Positions 26,610-34,546 of a DNA stretch of 38,283 nt are shown in pieces. The notes below the pieces were generated by a model, which was given only the letters and a program-made list of their open reading frames with translations, did no database searches and was not told the origin of the DNA. Made by a program: the position numbers and the translations under genes. Source of the DNA: a virus (Duplodnaviria; Caudoviricetes); the IMG/VR virus record IMGVR_UViG_3300033067_001063, positions 1 to 38,283 of that record; one strand, written 5' to 3'. Position 1 is the first letter of the stretch. Each line of letters starts with the position of its first letter.

Positions 26610-28786
26610 TGCGCCTGCGCCTCGCGTCCATCCGCAGGCTGCCGCCACCGCGGCCGCCGGCAAATCTGCGCCGGAGGCGATGGCTGCCGCCGACGCTGAC
26701 GGTCGCGGAGATCGACGCCGGGCCGGGCTCCGAATGGATGGTGGTCTACCGCATCGAGACCACCGACGGCAACGGCGACCCGGTCACGCTGTGGCCGGCG
26801 ACGCGCACGATGATCACCAGCGAGAGCGACACGCCGGCCGACACCACCTTCGAGCCGGTGCTCGCGAAGGGCGCGGCGGGCTCCTACCGAATGCAGTTGT
26901 TCTCCGGCACGGCGCGCGAGGCCGGTGTGGTCGCGGCCAGCGGCGGGCAGTTCTCCCTCATGAACGCCGACGGCGAGTATGACGACTGGTTGCAGTACCT
27001 GACCGACGGCAGCCGGGTCACGTGCTACTTGGGCAAGCACGGCGACCCGTTCCCGGCAGCCTGGCGAAAGGTCTTCGTCAGCTACATCGACGGCTTTCCG
27101 ATCATCGACCGCGAGCGCATGACGCTGCGGCTGCGCGGGCGCGAGCGGCTGTTCGAGCGCGACTGCCAGCCGCTCGGCTACACCGGCAGCACCGGCAGCG
27201 TGGGCAGCATCACGCTGGAGGAAACAGGCATCGCCGGCAACGCGCGCCGGCCTCTCGTAATGGGCACGCCTCCGAGCTGGAAGCCGGTCCTCATCAACGC
27301 GACCGAAAACATCTGGGACATCTGCGGCATGGCGGTCTTCGGCACGCCGTCGCTCTATGACGGCGGCGTCGCGCTGCAGGTCTCGGTGTCGGCCTTCGGC
27401 AGCGATCAGCCCGGCACGTACCAGATCCTCGAGAACGGTGCCGGCGTCTTCGCGCACCTGACCTCGCAGATCCGATACGAGCTGCGCGCCGAGGGCACCG
27501 GGCGCTATGCCACGCCGACCGCGTCAGAACGCGCGTGGACCGTCTGCGACGTGGCGATGCAGGCCGGTGTCGCGGCCGACTCGACATCGCTGCCCGTCGG
27601 CAGCGAGAACTTCAGCGCCGGGAATCGCGTCGTGCAGACCGAGAAGGTTCGCGACGTGCTGGCCGACGTGGCGCGGTACGAGTGCGCGGCGATCGGCCTC
27701 GACCGCCTCGACCGATTCTTCGCGCGTCGCCTCGTGCCGAGCTTCGACGGGACCGCGGTGCACACCTTCCGCGACGCGGGCAGCTACAGCGACGGCAACA
27801 TCGACGGCCTTCGCTTCTCGCGGCTGCGCGGTGCCGAGCGCCGCGTGCATCGGGTGACCGTGCATGCCGGGCGGTCGCAGCGCTCGGCGCTGGCCGGCGT
27901 GGTCGACGACGCCGTGCGCGACCGACTCTCGCGCGACCCTTACCAGGTCAACTTCACCGCGGAGTGCCTCTACACCTCGCTGTTCGGGCAGCGTCGCATC
28001 CCGGACGTGGACCCGACCGCCGAGGCCGTCGAGGTGCAGATCGTCGGGCACCAGTTCGCCAGCGAGGCGGACATGATCGCCTACGCGCTGCGCTACCTGC
28101 GGTTGTACGGCAGCCGGGCGGTCGCGGCCGAGTTCGAGACCGAGCTCGATCACGACACGCTGGCAATCGAGGTCTGCGACATCGTCGACATCGAGTCGGC
28201 GCGCTTCGGCGGCGACCGCTCGGCCGTCGTCATCGGATATGACGTCGACCTCAACACGCGCCGCGTGCGCTTCGAGGCGTGGAGCCACGACGAGCTCGGC
28301 ACCGTGCTCGGCACTGCGGCGCCGACGGAGACCGAGATCGTCATCACGCAGGAGGACACCGCCGAGGGCGCGGGCGGCGGCGGCGCAGGGTCCGGTGTGG
28401 CTGGGCGCGGCGATGCGGCGCTGCAGCTGCTGCACGAGTTCGTGCTGCTCGGCGACAAGACGACGGCGCTCGCGGTCGGCGAGTCGACCGTCGACTTCAT
28501 CTTCCCGTTTGCTGGGGAGCTCGTCGCGGTCTACGGTGGCGCCACGACCGCGCAGACCTCCGGCTCGATCCTGACGCTCGACATGCGGATCAGCACCGTG
28601 TCGGTGTTCTCGACGCTGATCACCGTCGACAACAACGAGCGCAGCAGCCACACCGCCGCGACGCCTTCCGTGCTGAGTGCGCCGAGCTTCGAACAGGGCG
28701 ACCGCGCGACCTTCCACATCACGCAGGTCGGCACCGGCGGGAAGGGCGCATGGATCGACTTCGTCTACGTGCCGAGGTCAGTGTGA
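26609..28786 (+). CDS. Tail tip/hub protein with C-terminal adaptor-like domain (725 aa)
   Basis: TGATG-coupled; position in tail tip module; C-terminal ~110-aa beta domain (DKTTALAVG...STLITVDNNERSSHTAATPSV...QVG). Confidence 0.7.
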   Translation: MRLRLASIRRLPPPRPPANLRRRRWLPPTLTVAEIDAGPGSEWMVVYRIETTDGNGDPVTLWPATRTMITSESDTPADTTFEPVLAKGAAGSYRMQLFSGTAREAGVVAASGGQFSLMNADGEYDDWLQYLTDGSRVTCYLGKHGDPFPAAWRKVFVSYIDGFPIIDRERMTLRLRGRERLFERDCQPLGYTGSTGSVGSITLEETGIAGNARRPLVMGTPPSWKPVLINATENIWDICGMAVFGTPSLYDGGVALQVSVSAFGSDQPGTYQILENGAGVFAHLTSQIRYELRAEGTGRYATPTASERAWTVCDVAMQAGVAADSTSLPVGSENFSAGNRVVQTEKVRDVLADVARYECAAIGLDRLDRFFARRLVPSFDGTAVHTFRDAGSYSDGNIDGLRFSRLRGAERRVHRVTVHAGRSQRSALAGVVDDAVRDRLSRDPYQVNFTAECLYTSLFGQRRIPDVDPTAEAVEVQIVGHQFASEADMIAYALRYLRLYGSRAVAAEFETELDHDTLAIEVCDIVDIESARFGGDRSAVVIGYDVDLNTRRVRFEAWSHDELGTVLGTAAPTETEIVITQEDTAEGAGGGGAGSGVAGRGDAALQLLHEFVLLGDKTTALAVGESTVDFIFPFAGELVAVYGGATTAQTSGSILTLDMRISTVSVFSTLITVDNNERSSHTAATPSVLSAPSFEQGDRATFHITQVGTGGKGAWIDFVYVPRSV

Positions 28787-30018
28787 GCGTCATCAACTTC
28801 ATCGCGGCGGCTGGTGGCGGTGGTGGTGGCGCTCCGGGCGCCGGCGACTACGATCTGATCGACACCATCAGCGCGACCGCGAAGCCATTTATCGACGCGG
28901 GCCCGATCGTCGTGAGCCGCGACGGGCTGACGGTGTTCGCTGTCGGCCAGGATGGCAGCGCGCTCGGGGTGTGGGTTTGGCGCTGGAACGGCGCCAGCTT
29001 CCAGAACGTGCAGATCATCGCGCTGGGCACGCCGGGCGACTACACCGCGGCCACGCAGATGCCGCAGATGTCGCTGGCGTGCAGCGAAGACGGCACGCGG
29101 GTCGTGCTCGGCATGCGCAACGCTGTGAGCGGCGACGGCCGCGTCTACGTCTTCGACGAGACCGCCACCGACACCTGGACGCAGTATCAGCGCCTCTCGC
29201 CTCCGAGCGCTGGCGCCGCGGGCCTCTTCGGTGCTGATGTCGACATCACGAACGACGGCAGCCGCATCGTGGTCGGCGAGGCTGCCTACTTCGACGGCGT
29301 GCAGGGCATCGGCCGCGGCCACGTCTACCTCGACGGCGGGTCGAGCTTCGCGCTCGAGCAGACGCTCGCCGACACATCCGAGAACGGCTTCGGCGGTCTC
29401 GGCTTCGGCGTGGCCATCTCCGGCACCGGCGCCGTCGTCGCGCTCGGCAATCCGTCGGTGTTCTCGCCCAGCTTCGCCGGTCTCGGGGCGATCGAGAGCT
29501 ACACGCGATCGGGCACGACGTGGACCTTCGAGGCCCGCAGCTACCCGACCGAGGACGACCCGCTCTTCGGATTCGCCCGCGCCGGTGCACTCATGGGCAT
29601 GGACGAAGACGGCACGCACATCCTGTCGGCCGACTATGCCGGCGTCACGCTCGACAGCGTGCACTACAAGCGGGTCGGCGGCGCGCTGGCGTTTCAGTCG
29701 ATCGTCTACGGCCTCGGCATATCCGGCACGCCGTCGCAGATCTACGCCGGTGGCATGGCGATGGCCGGCGATGCGTCGAGCGTCGTGCTGGGTGACTACC
29801 TGTACAGCACGTCGCGCGGCCGTCTGCGCCGCTGGACCGGCCCGACCTCGTGGGCGTCCGACGTGGACATCGACAGCGCCTCGCCGACCAACAACCAACA
29901 GCACAGCCGCGGCGTCAGCACGACGCGCGACGGCGGTGCGGTGGTGTGGAGCGAGTGCCCCACCGCGGCGAACGCGTCGACCTCTCTCGGCGATCGCGCA
30001 TACATGAGGGTCTTCTGA
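28783..30018 (+). CDS. FG-GAP-like beta-propeller, candidate receptor-binding protein (411 aa)
   Basis: Blades LFGADVDITNDGSRIVVG, LGFGVAISGTGAVVALG, GRVYVF, GRGHVY; Gly6 linker after short N-terminus; GTGA-coupled. Confidence 0.75.
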   Translation: MSVINFIAAAGGGGGGAPGAGDYDLIDTISATAKPFIDAGPIVVSRDGLTVFAVGQDGSALGVWVWRWNGASFQNVQIIALGTPGDYTAATQMPQMSLACSEDGTRVVLGMRNAVSGDGRVYVFDETATDTWTQYQRLSPPSAGAAGLFGADVDITNDGSRIVVGEAAYFDGVQGIGRGHVYLDGGSSFALEQTLADTSENGFGGLGFGVAISGTGAVVALGNPSVFSPSFAGLGAIESYTRSGTTWTFEARSYPTEDDPLFGFARAGALMGMDEDGTHILSADYAGVTLDSVHYKRVGGALAFQSIVYGLGISGTPSQIYAGGMAMAGDASSVVLGDYLYSTSRGRLRRWTGPTSWASDVDIDSASPTNNQQHSRGVSTTRDGGAVVWSECPTAANASTSLGDRAYMRVF

Positions 30019-30815
30019 TGGGCAGCATCGTCGCGATGGGCTACCGCAACCTGATCGACGCCGCCACGCTGAGCGGCAGCGGATGGCACGCCTCCTACCC
30101 GCTGACGACCCTCCAGGACCGCCGCCTATGGACGTACGCGCGCACTAGCGGCACGAGCGCCGACATCATCATCGACCACGGGTCGGCCAAGCCGATGGGC
30201 GTCTTCGCGCTCTTCGGCACGAACATCGGATCGGCGGACACGATGACCGTCACGGTCGGCACCACCTCGACCGGTACCGATGTCTACGCCGGGTCGGCCG
30301 TCGCGTGCTGGCCCTTCGCGCCGCTCGACGGCGTCTATGACGGCGGGCACTTCGGCTGCTGGGTTGTGCTGCCGGCCGATGTCACCGCCCGATACGCGCG
30401 CATCCAGGTGTCCGGCAGTGCGGTGATCCGCATCGCGCGCCCATTCGTGGGGCCCGTGTGGCGGCCGACCTATTCGCCCTCCTACAGTGGCTTCGCCGAG
30501 GGCTGGGGCGAACCGAACAGCACGGTCATGACCGGCGACAGCGGCGCCGATACGGTCTGGCGCCGGCGCGAGCAGCGCGAGGTCGCCTATGACCTGTCGG
30601 TGCTGACGCCGGAGTCGGCGAGCGAGCTCGACGAGATCGTGCGCACGCACTCGATCACCGAGGAGGTAGCGCACGTGCGCCATGTGCACGACCGCGAGGT
30701 GCAGCAGCAGTACGGCTTCCTCGGCCGGCTGCGTCGGCTATCCGCCCTTGAGCATCCGTTCTATGGCCACCGATCCGCGGCGGTGGCCATCACTGGCCGC
30801 GGCGGCGCGGCGTAG
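30018..30815 (+). CDS. Tail tip protein (distal-tail-like), 265 aa
   Basis: TGATG-coupled; NLIDAATLSG, ARYARIQ, IARPFVGPVWRP, YGFLGRL. Confidence 0.65.
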   Translation: MGSIVAMGYRNLIDAATLSGSGWHASYPLTTLQDRRLWTYARTSGTSADIIIDHGSAKPMGVFALFGTNIGSADTMTVTVGTTSTGTDVYAGSAVACWPFAPLDGVYDGGHFGCWVVLPADVTARYARIQVSGSAVIRIARPFVGPVWRPTYSPSYSGFAEGWGEPNSTVMTGDSGADTVWRRREQREVAYDLSVLTPESASELDEIVRTHSITEEVAHVRHVHDREVQQQYGFLGRLRRLSALEHPFYGHRSAAVAITGRGGAA

Positions 30816-30840
30816 CGGCAACCCGAAAGGAGTCCAGATC

Positions 30841-31284
30841 ATGACCATGATTCGCTTGACGCTGCCGGCCCTGCTCTTGCCGCTGCTGGCCGGTGCGCAG
30901 GTGCTCGAGCTGACCCCCGACACGGCCTGCGGGGCGCCTGGCGTCGGCACCGTGCGCGTCATCAGGGACGGGGCCGAGCGCTGGGTCGCCGAGGCTCGCC
31001 ACGGCACCCCGGGGCAGCGCGTCGGGCGAGATGGCCGCTGGCACACCGGCTGCCAGATGCCCCCGGCCTGCGCGGCGCGGCGCACGTACCAGTGGGCGGA
31101 CCAGGCCAGCGGCGCCCTCTGCACGCCGAGCACGCCGGAGCTGCGCGCATCGCCTGAGCTCGGGCGGGTGCGACAGGTGCACGCCATCGGCCGCGGCGGC
31201 GCGATCGTCGGCCGGGCAACGTACCAGTGCACGGCGACCGGCTGGGCGCTGGTGCCGACCGAGACCTACTGCAGGGGGCGGTGA
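30841..31284 (+). CDS. Secreted Cys-rich hypothetical protein (147 aa)
   Basis: AAGGAG RBS; signal-peptide-like MTMIRLTLPALLLPLLAGA-Q; six Cys. Confidence 0.7.
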   Translation: MTMIRLTLPALLLPLLAGAQVLELTPDTACGAPGVGTVRVIRDGAERWVAEARHGTPGQRVGRDGRWHTGCQMPPACAARRTYQWADQASGALCTPSTPELRASPELGRVRQVHAIGRGGAIVGRATYQCTATGWALVPTETYCRGR

Positions 31285-31339
31285 TGGGTCGCCGGCACAC
31301 CAGATCGACGCAGGCGCCGCGATCGGCGGCGCGGTGGCA

Positions 31340-31699
31340 TCACCCTAGCCTGATCGGATCCGAGGCGCCTTCACGGGCCGGCCATCCGCGGGGCGGCGCC
31401 CACGACAGGATCAGCCCGGCGAACTGCGGCCTCAGCCACCGCTCGACGAGCAGCAGGTCGGGCTGCACCAGTCGCGTGCTCCCGGGCCACATCAGCGACA
31501 GCGCGAGCCCCTCGCTGGCGGTCAGCGGCATGGCGCGGTCGCCGGCCAGCCACTGCCGCATGGTGCGCTCGCTGGCGTGGCAGCGGCGCGCGGCCTCGGC
31601 CTGCGTGATGCCGGCGGCCTCGATCAACTCGCGCAGCTCCTCGGGTGAGATCGGGTGCAGATCCCACCCCCGGGCCGCGCGGCCGGGGTGGTTGGTCAT
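31340..31699 (-). CDS. XRE/Cro-like HTH protein (119 aa)
   Basis: SPEELRELIEAAGITQAEAARRCHASERTMRQWLAG. Confidence 0.8.
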   Translation of the reverse strand: MTNHPGRAARGWDLHPISPEELRELIEAAGITQAEAARRCHASERTMRQWLAGDRAMPLTASEGLALSLMWPGSTRLVQPDLLLVERWLRPQFAGLILSWAPPRGWPAREGASDPIRLG

Positions 31700-31700
31700 G

Positions 31701-31784
31701 TCAGACGTCGTCGGCGCCACAGATGACCGCGAATTCGTACTCGTACACCCCGACCCAGTACATCTGCTTCTGCGTGGTGATCAC
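31701..31784 (-). CDS. Small 27-aa ORF MITTQKQMYWVGVYEYEFAVICGADDV (absent from the ORF track)
   Basis: Strong GGGGAGAGG RBS before GTG; fills the gap between the 70-aa ORF and HTH gene, ending 1 nt before the HTH ATG. Confidence 0.55.
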   Translation of the reverse strand: MITTQKQMYWVGVYEYEFAVICGADDV

Positions 31785-31799
31785 GGTGCCTCTCCCCAG

Positions 31800-32012
31800 T
31801 CAGATCGGCAGCCGGTCGAATTGACCGTTGCCGCGCAGGTACTCGGCGTGGGCAAAGCGTTGCCCGCCGCACCGCTCGCGGGTCAGGCGAGCTTTGACGG
31901 CCCGCAGAGTCCGCTTGCCGGTGTACCGCTCGACGGTCCCGACTTCGCCCTCTCCAGACACGATGCGGATTTCGCGCGCTTGCTCGATCGTCTTTTGCAG
32001 CGTGGTCATCAT
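31800..32012 (-). CDS. Basic hypothetical protein (70 aa)
   Basis: GGGAGA RBS; first gene after the predicted promoter. Confidence 0.7.
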   Translation of the reverse strand: MMTTLQKTIEQAREIRIVSGEGEVGTVERYTGKRTLRAVKARLTRERCGGQRFAHAEYLRGNGQFDRLPI

Positions 32013-32046
32013 CTGAGTCTCCCGCCCACTGCCCGGGGCCCGGGAC

Positions 32047-32063
32047 CGCATCACCGTGATGCG
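32047..32063. promoter_or_regulatory. Palindrome CGCATCAC-C-GTGATGCG near the predicted transcript start
   Basis: Perfect 8-bp inverted repeat. Confidence 0.55.
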
Positions 32064-32072
32064 ATGGGGTGT

Positions 32073-32101
32073 ACTGTACTAGGCGCAATGCGCCTAGTCA
32101 A
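32073..32101 (-). promoter_or_regulatory. Sigma70-type promoter TTGACT-N17-TACAGT with overlapping palindromic operator ACTAGGCGCA-A-TGCGCCTAGT (32078-32098)
   Basis: Read directly: -35 at 32096-32101, -10 at 32073-32078, perfect 10-bp inverted repeat covering the spacer. Confidence 0.8.
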
Positions 32102-32127
32102 TACCCGAGGAAACCCGGAGGTGTGCA

Positions 32128-32532
32128 ATGGCTGAGCCGGCATCGAGCAGCGCGGCCGGAGCCGCAGCGGGCGCGGCGGCGTGGAAGGCGGCCGGGGGCA
32201 TGGCCGGCGTGGCGGGCGGTGCCGCAGGCCTGGCCAGCATCGTCGTGATGCTCATGATGCGGCCGCGCTCGGCCGCCGAGTGGGCCACGGCGCTGATCTG
32301 CACCGTGGTCTCGTCGATCGCCGGCGGCGCGTGGGTCGTGCAGTACCTGGACCTGCACACCTGGGCTGACGGCTACGTCGGCCTGGTGGCGCTGGGCGGG
32401 CTGATGTTCGCGTGCGGGCTGCCCGGCTGGGCGCTCGTGCGAGCCGTCTTCTCGGCGATCGAGAAGCGCCGAGAGGCCGACATCTTTGACCTGGCAGATG
32501 AGGCACGGAAGCGTTGGAAAGGCAAGAGGTAG
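32128..32532 (+). CDS. Putative holin (134 aa)
   Basis: About three hydrophobic segments, basic C-terminus, GGAGG RBS, directly upstream of endolysin. Confidence 0.75.
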   Translation: MAEPASSSAAGAAAGAAAWKAAGGMAGVAGGAAGLASIVVMLMMRPRSAAEWATALICTVVSSIAGGAWVVQYLDLHTWADGYVGLVALGGLMFACGLPGWALVRAVFSAIEKRREADIFDLADEARKRWKGKR

Positions 32533-32537
32533 CCCCC

Positions 32538-33011
32538 GTGGACTTCGACACCGCCTTCCATCGCCTCATCGGCCACGAGGGCGGCCTCGTTGACCATCCC
32601 GCAGACCCTGGCGGCCTGACGAAGTACGGCATCAGCCAGCGCAGTTACCCGGGCGAGGACATCCGCGGCATGACGCTGGCCCGCGCGAAAGAGATCTATC
32701 GCCGCGACTACTGGGGCCCGAGCGGCTGCGACGCGGTGCCGGACTCGATCAAGTTTCTGATGTTCGATGCCGGAGTCAACAGCAGCCCGGCCGCGTCGAT
32801 CCGGCTGCTGCAGCGCTCGGTCGGCACCACCGAGGACGGCATCCTCGGCCCCATCACCTTGACCGCGGCCGGCAGCATGCACCCGGCGCGGCTCGCTTCG
32901 CGGCTGTCGGCGCACCGGCTGCTGCTCATGGCGGACCTTCCCACCTGGCCGGCATTCGGCCGCGGATGGGCCCGCCGCGTCGCTCGCAACCTCCTGGAGG
33001 CCTCCTCATGA
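32538..33011 (+). CDS. Endolysin, glycoside hydrolase family 108 with peptidoglycan-binding region (157 aa)
   Basis: HEGGLVDHPADPGGLTKYGI, FDAGVNS, DGILGPIT, FGRGWARR. Confidence 0.93.
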   Translation: MDFDTAFHRLIGHEGGLVDHPADPGGLTKYGISQRSYPGEDIRGMTLARAKEIYRRDYWGPSGCDAVPDSIKFLMFDAGVNSSPAASIRLLQRSVGTTEDGILGPITLTAAGSMHPARLASRLSAHRLLLMADLPTWPAFGRGWARRVARNLLEASS

Positions 33012-33244
33012 CCCGCGTCCTTCTCCTCGCCGCTGCCGCGCTGCTGGCCGGTTGCTCGACGCTCGACGCCATGCTCGTCAACCGAGCGGCCTGCACGCTC
33101 GGCGGCGCGCAGAAAGAGCTGCACGTCACGAGCTTCTGGGGCCGCTGGGGCATCACCGCGCGCATCCACGAGGACGACGCGCGAGCGGCGTGCGACACGA
33201 CGCCGGTGATCCTGCAGGTGGCGCCGAAGGGCGCCGGCGTGTAG
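33008..33244 (+). CDS. Small lipoprotein, possible o-spanin-like lysis accessory (78 aa)
   Basis: GGAGG RBS, ATGA-coupled; lipobox LLAG-C; two further Cys. Confidence 0.7.
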   Translation: MTRVLLLAAAALLAGCSTLDAMLVNRAACTLGGAQKELHVTSFWGRWGITARIHEDDARAACDTTPVILQVAPKGAGV

Positions 33245-33336
33245 TGGGTAACTTTCTGCCCACCTAGCCGCGTTCCGGGCACCTGGCGCACTGGGCGCAC
33301 GACTGGGAGCGCGGCCTGTGCATGTAGCGCGGGAGC

Positions 33337-33382
33337 GATTGCAAATCCGTCTAGGCGAGTTCGACTCTCGCTCGCGCCTCCA
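33337..33382 (+). other. attP: attP core: 3' half of tRNA-Cys(GCA)
   Basis: GATTGCAAATCCGTCTAG-GCGAG-TTCGACT-CTCGC-TCGCGCC-T-CCA gives anticodon loop, T-arm, acceptor 3' strand, U discriminator and CCA; lies just past the integrase 3' end. Confidence 0.88.
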
Positions 33383-33446
33383 CCTATGAAAGCGGCCCCT
33401 CAGTGGGCCGTTGTCGCTGGTGGGGTGGTGGGGAACCTGTCTCCCA

Positions 33447-34391
33447 TCAGCCGCGCCGCTTGAGTGCTTCCGCGAGCCGCTGCACCCCGTAGTGCGCGTA
33501 CCGCCGGGTAGTCGCCGTGCTCCGGTGGCCCAGCACCGCGCCCACCGCGCCCAAGTCGACGCCGGCGGCCACCATCTCGCTCGCCGCGGTGTGCCGCAGG
33601 TCGTGCAGCCGCACGTGCTCGAGCCCGCACGCCGCGCGCGCCAGCGGCCAGTAGTAGTCGATCTCGCTGCGCCGCGGCATCGGCACGCGGCAGGCGCTGG
33701 TGATGATCGGCAGCGCCGGGATGATGCGCGGGCTGCCGTTCTTGCTGTCGCCCAGCACCAGCGCCCCGGGCAGCCGCTGCGCCCGCAGGATCTCGCCCAC
33801 GCGCATGCCGGTCCAGTAGGCGATGCGGATCACCGCGCGCACGCCGCGGTGTCGGCAGGCCCTGGCCAGCGCCACCATCTGCGCCCGGGTGATCGTGATG
33901 TCGCGCGCGTTGCGCACCGTCGGCGCCGTCACGCGGGCGCCCGGGTCGGCATCGCCAAGGCCGCGCTTCCAGGCCCAGCGGCACGCCGCGCGCAGGTAGG
34001 CGATGCGGTTCTTGATCGTGGCCGGAGCGAGGGCGCCGTGCTGGTCGGCCGCGTACTCGGCGCAGACTTCGGGCAGCTCGTCGAGCGAGCGGCCGGTCCA
34101 CCAGTCGCGCATCTGCTCGATCTCGCGCAGCGCGCCGACGCCGGCCTTCAGCCCCGGGGCTCGCTCCCGGGCGTAACGAGCGACAGCTGCGTCAATGTAG
34201 GCCCGAGGTCTGGCAATGCCCTCGGCGATCGCGGACAGGGCCGCGCTTTCCTTGCGGTCGTAGGCTTCGGCCTGGGCGCGCGTCCACCCAGCGGGAAGAA
34301 GGCGACGTTTGCGAACGCGGCCGTGCCCGGGGAAGCGGCGGTCGAAGTCGAAGCGCCAGCGGCCGGTGCGCTTGTCCTTGTAGATCGACAT
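33447..34391 (-). CDS. int: Tyrosine integrase (314 aa)
   Basis: Catalytic set R (TGMRVGE), K (DSKNG), HxxR (HDLRH), H (LGH), Y (RRYAH). Confidence 0.96.
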   Translation of the reverse strand: MSIYKDKRTGRWRFDFDRRFPGHGRVRKRRLLPAGWTRAQAEAYDRKESAALSAIAEGIARPRAYIDAAVARYARERAPGLKAGVGALREIEQMRDWWTGRSLDELPEVCAEYAADQHGALAPATIKNRIAYLRAACRWAWKRGLGDADPGARVTAPTVRNARDITITRAQMVALARACRHRGVRAVIRIAYWTGMRVGEILRAQRLPGALVLGDSKNGSPRIIPALPIITSACRVPMPRRSEIDYYWPLARAACGLEHVRLHDLRHTAASEMVAAGVDLGAVGAVLGHRSTATTRRYAHYGVQRLAEALKRRG

Positions 34392-34546
34392 GCTGCCCTG
34401 TACGCCTCCACGTCAGCGGGGTCGAAGCGTACAGCACCGCGGCCCACGCCCATCCGGTAGCAGGGCAGCCGGCCGGCGTCGGCCAGGTCGTACACCGTGC
34501 GCGGCTTGAGGCCGAGCAGCGTGGCGACTTGGGCTGCGGTGAGCAT
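34148..34546 (-). CDS. xis: Excisionase-like HTH protein (132 aa), 3' part overlapping int
   Basis: MLTAAQVATLLGLKPRTVYDLADAGRLPCYRMG...VRFDPADVEAY; TGATG-coupled to upstream gene. Confidence 0.85.
   Translation of the reverse strand: MLTAAQVATLLGLKPRTVYDLADAGRLPCYRMGVGRGAVRFDPADVEAYRAACRSTRTSAPAAGASTSTAASPGTAAFANVAFFPLGGRAPRPKPTTARKARPCPRSPRALPDLGPTLTQLSLVTPGSEPRG

Noticed and set aside
9855-30018. Diversity-generating retroelement targeting lectin or tail genes
   Set aside because: No reverse transcriptase and no template/variable repeat pair seen in this window
31340-31699. CI immunity repressor
   Set aside because: No peptidase domain, no divergent cro, and located between tail and lysis genes; the immunity region is probably outside the window
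33305-33382. Intact tRNA-Cys gene
   Set aside because: No 5' acceptor strand (GGCGCGA) or D-arm; an upstream ATGTAGCG resembles tRNA-Cys but is offset by 7 nt, so only the 3' half is credible
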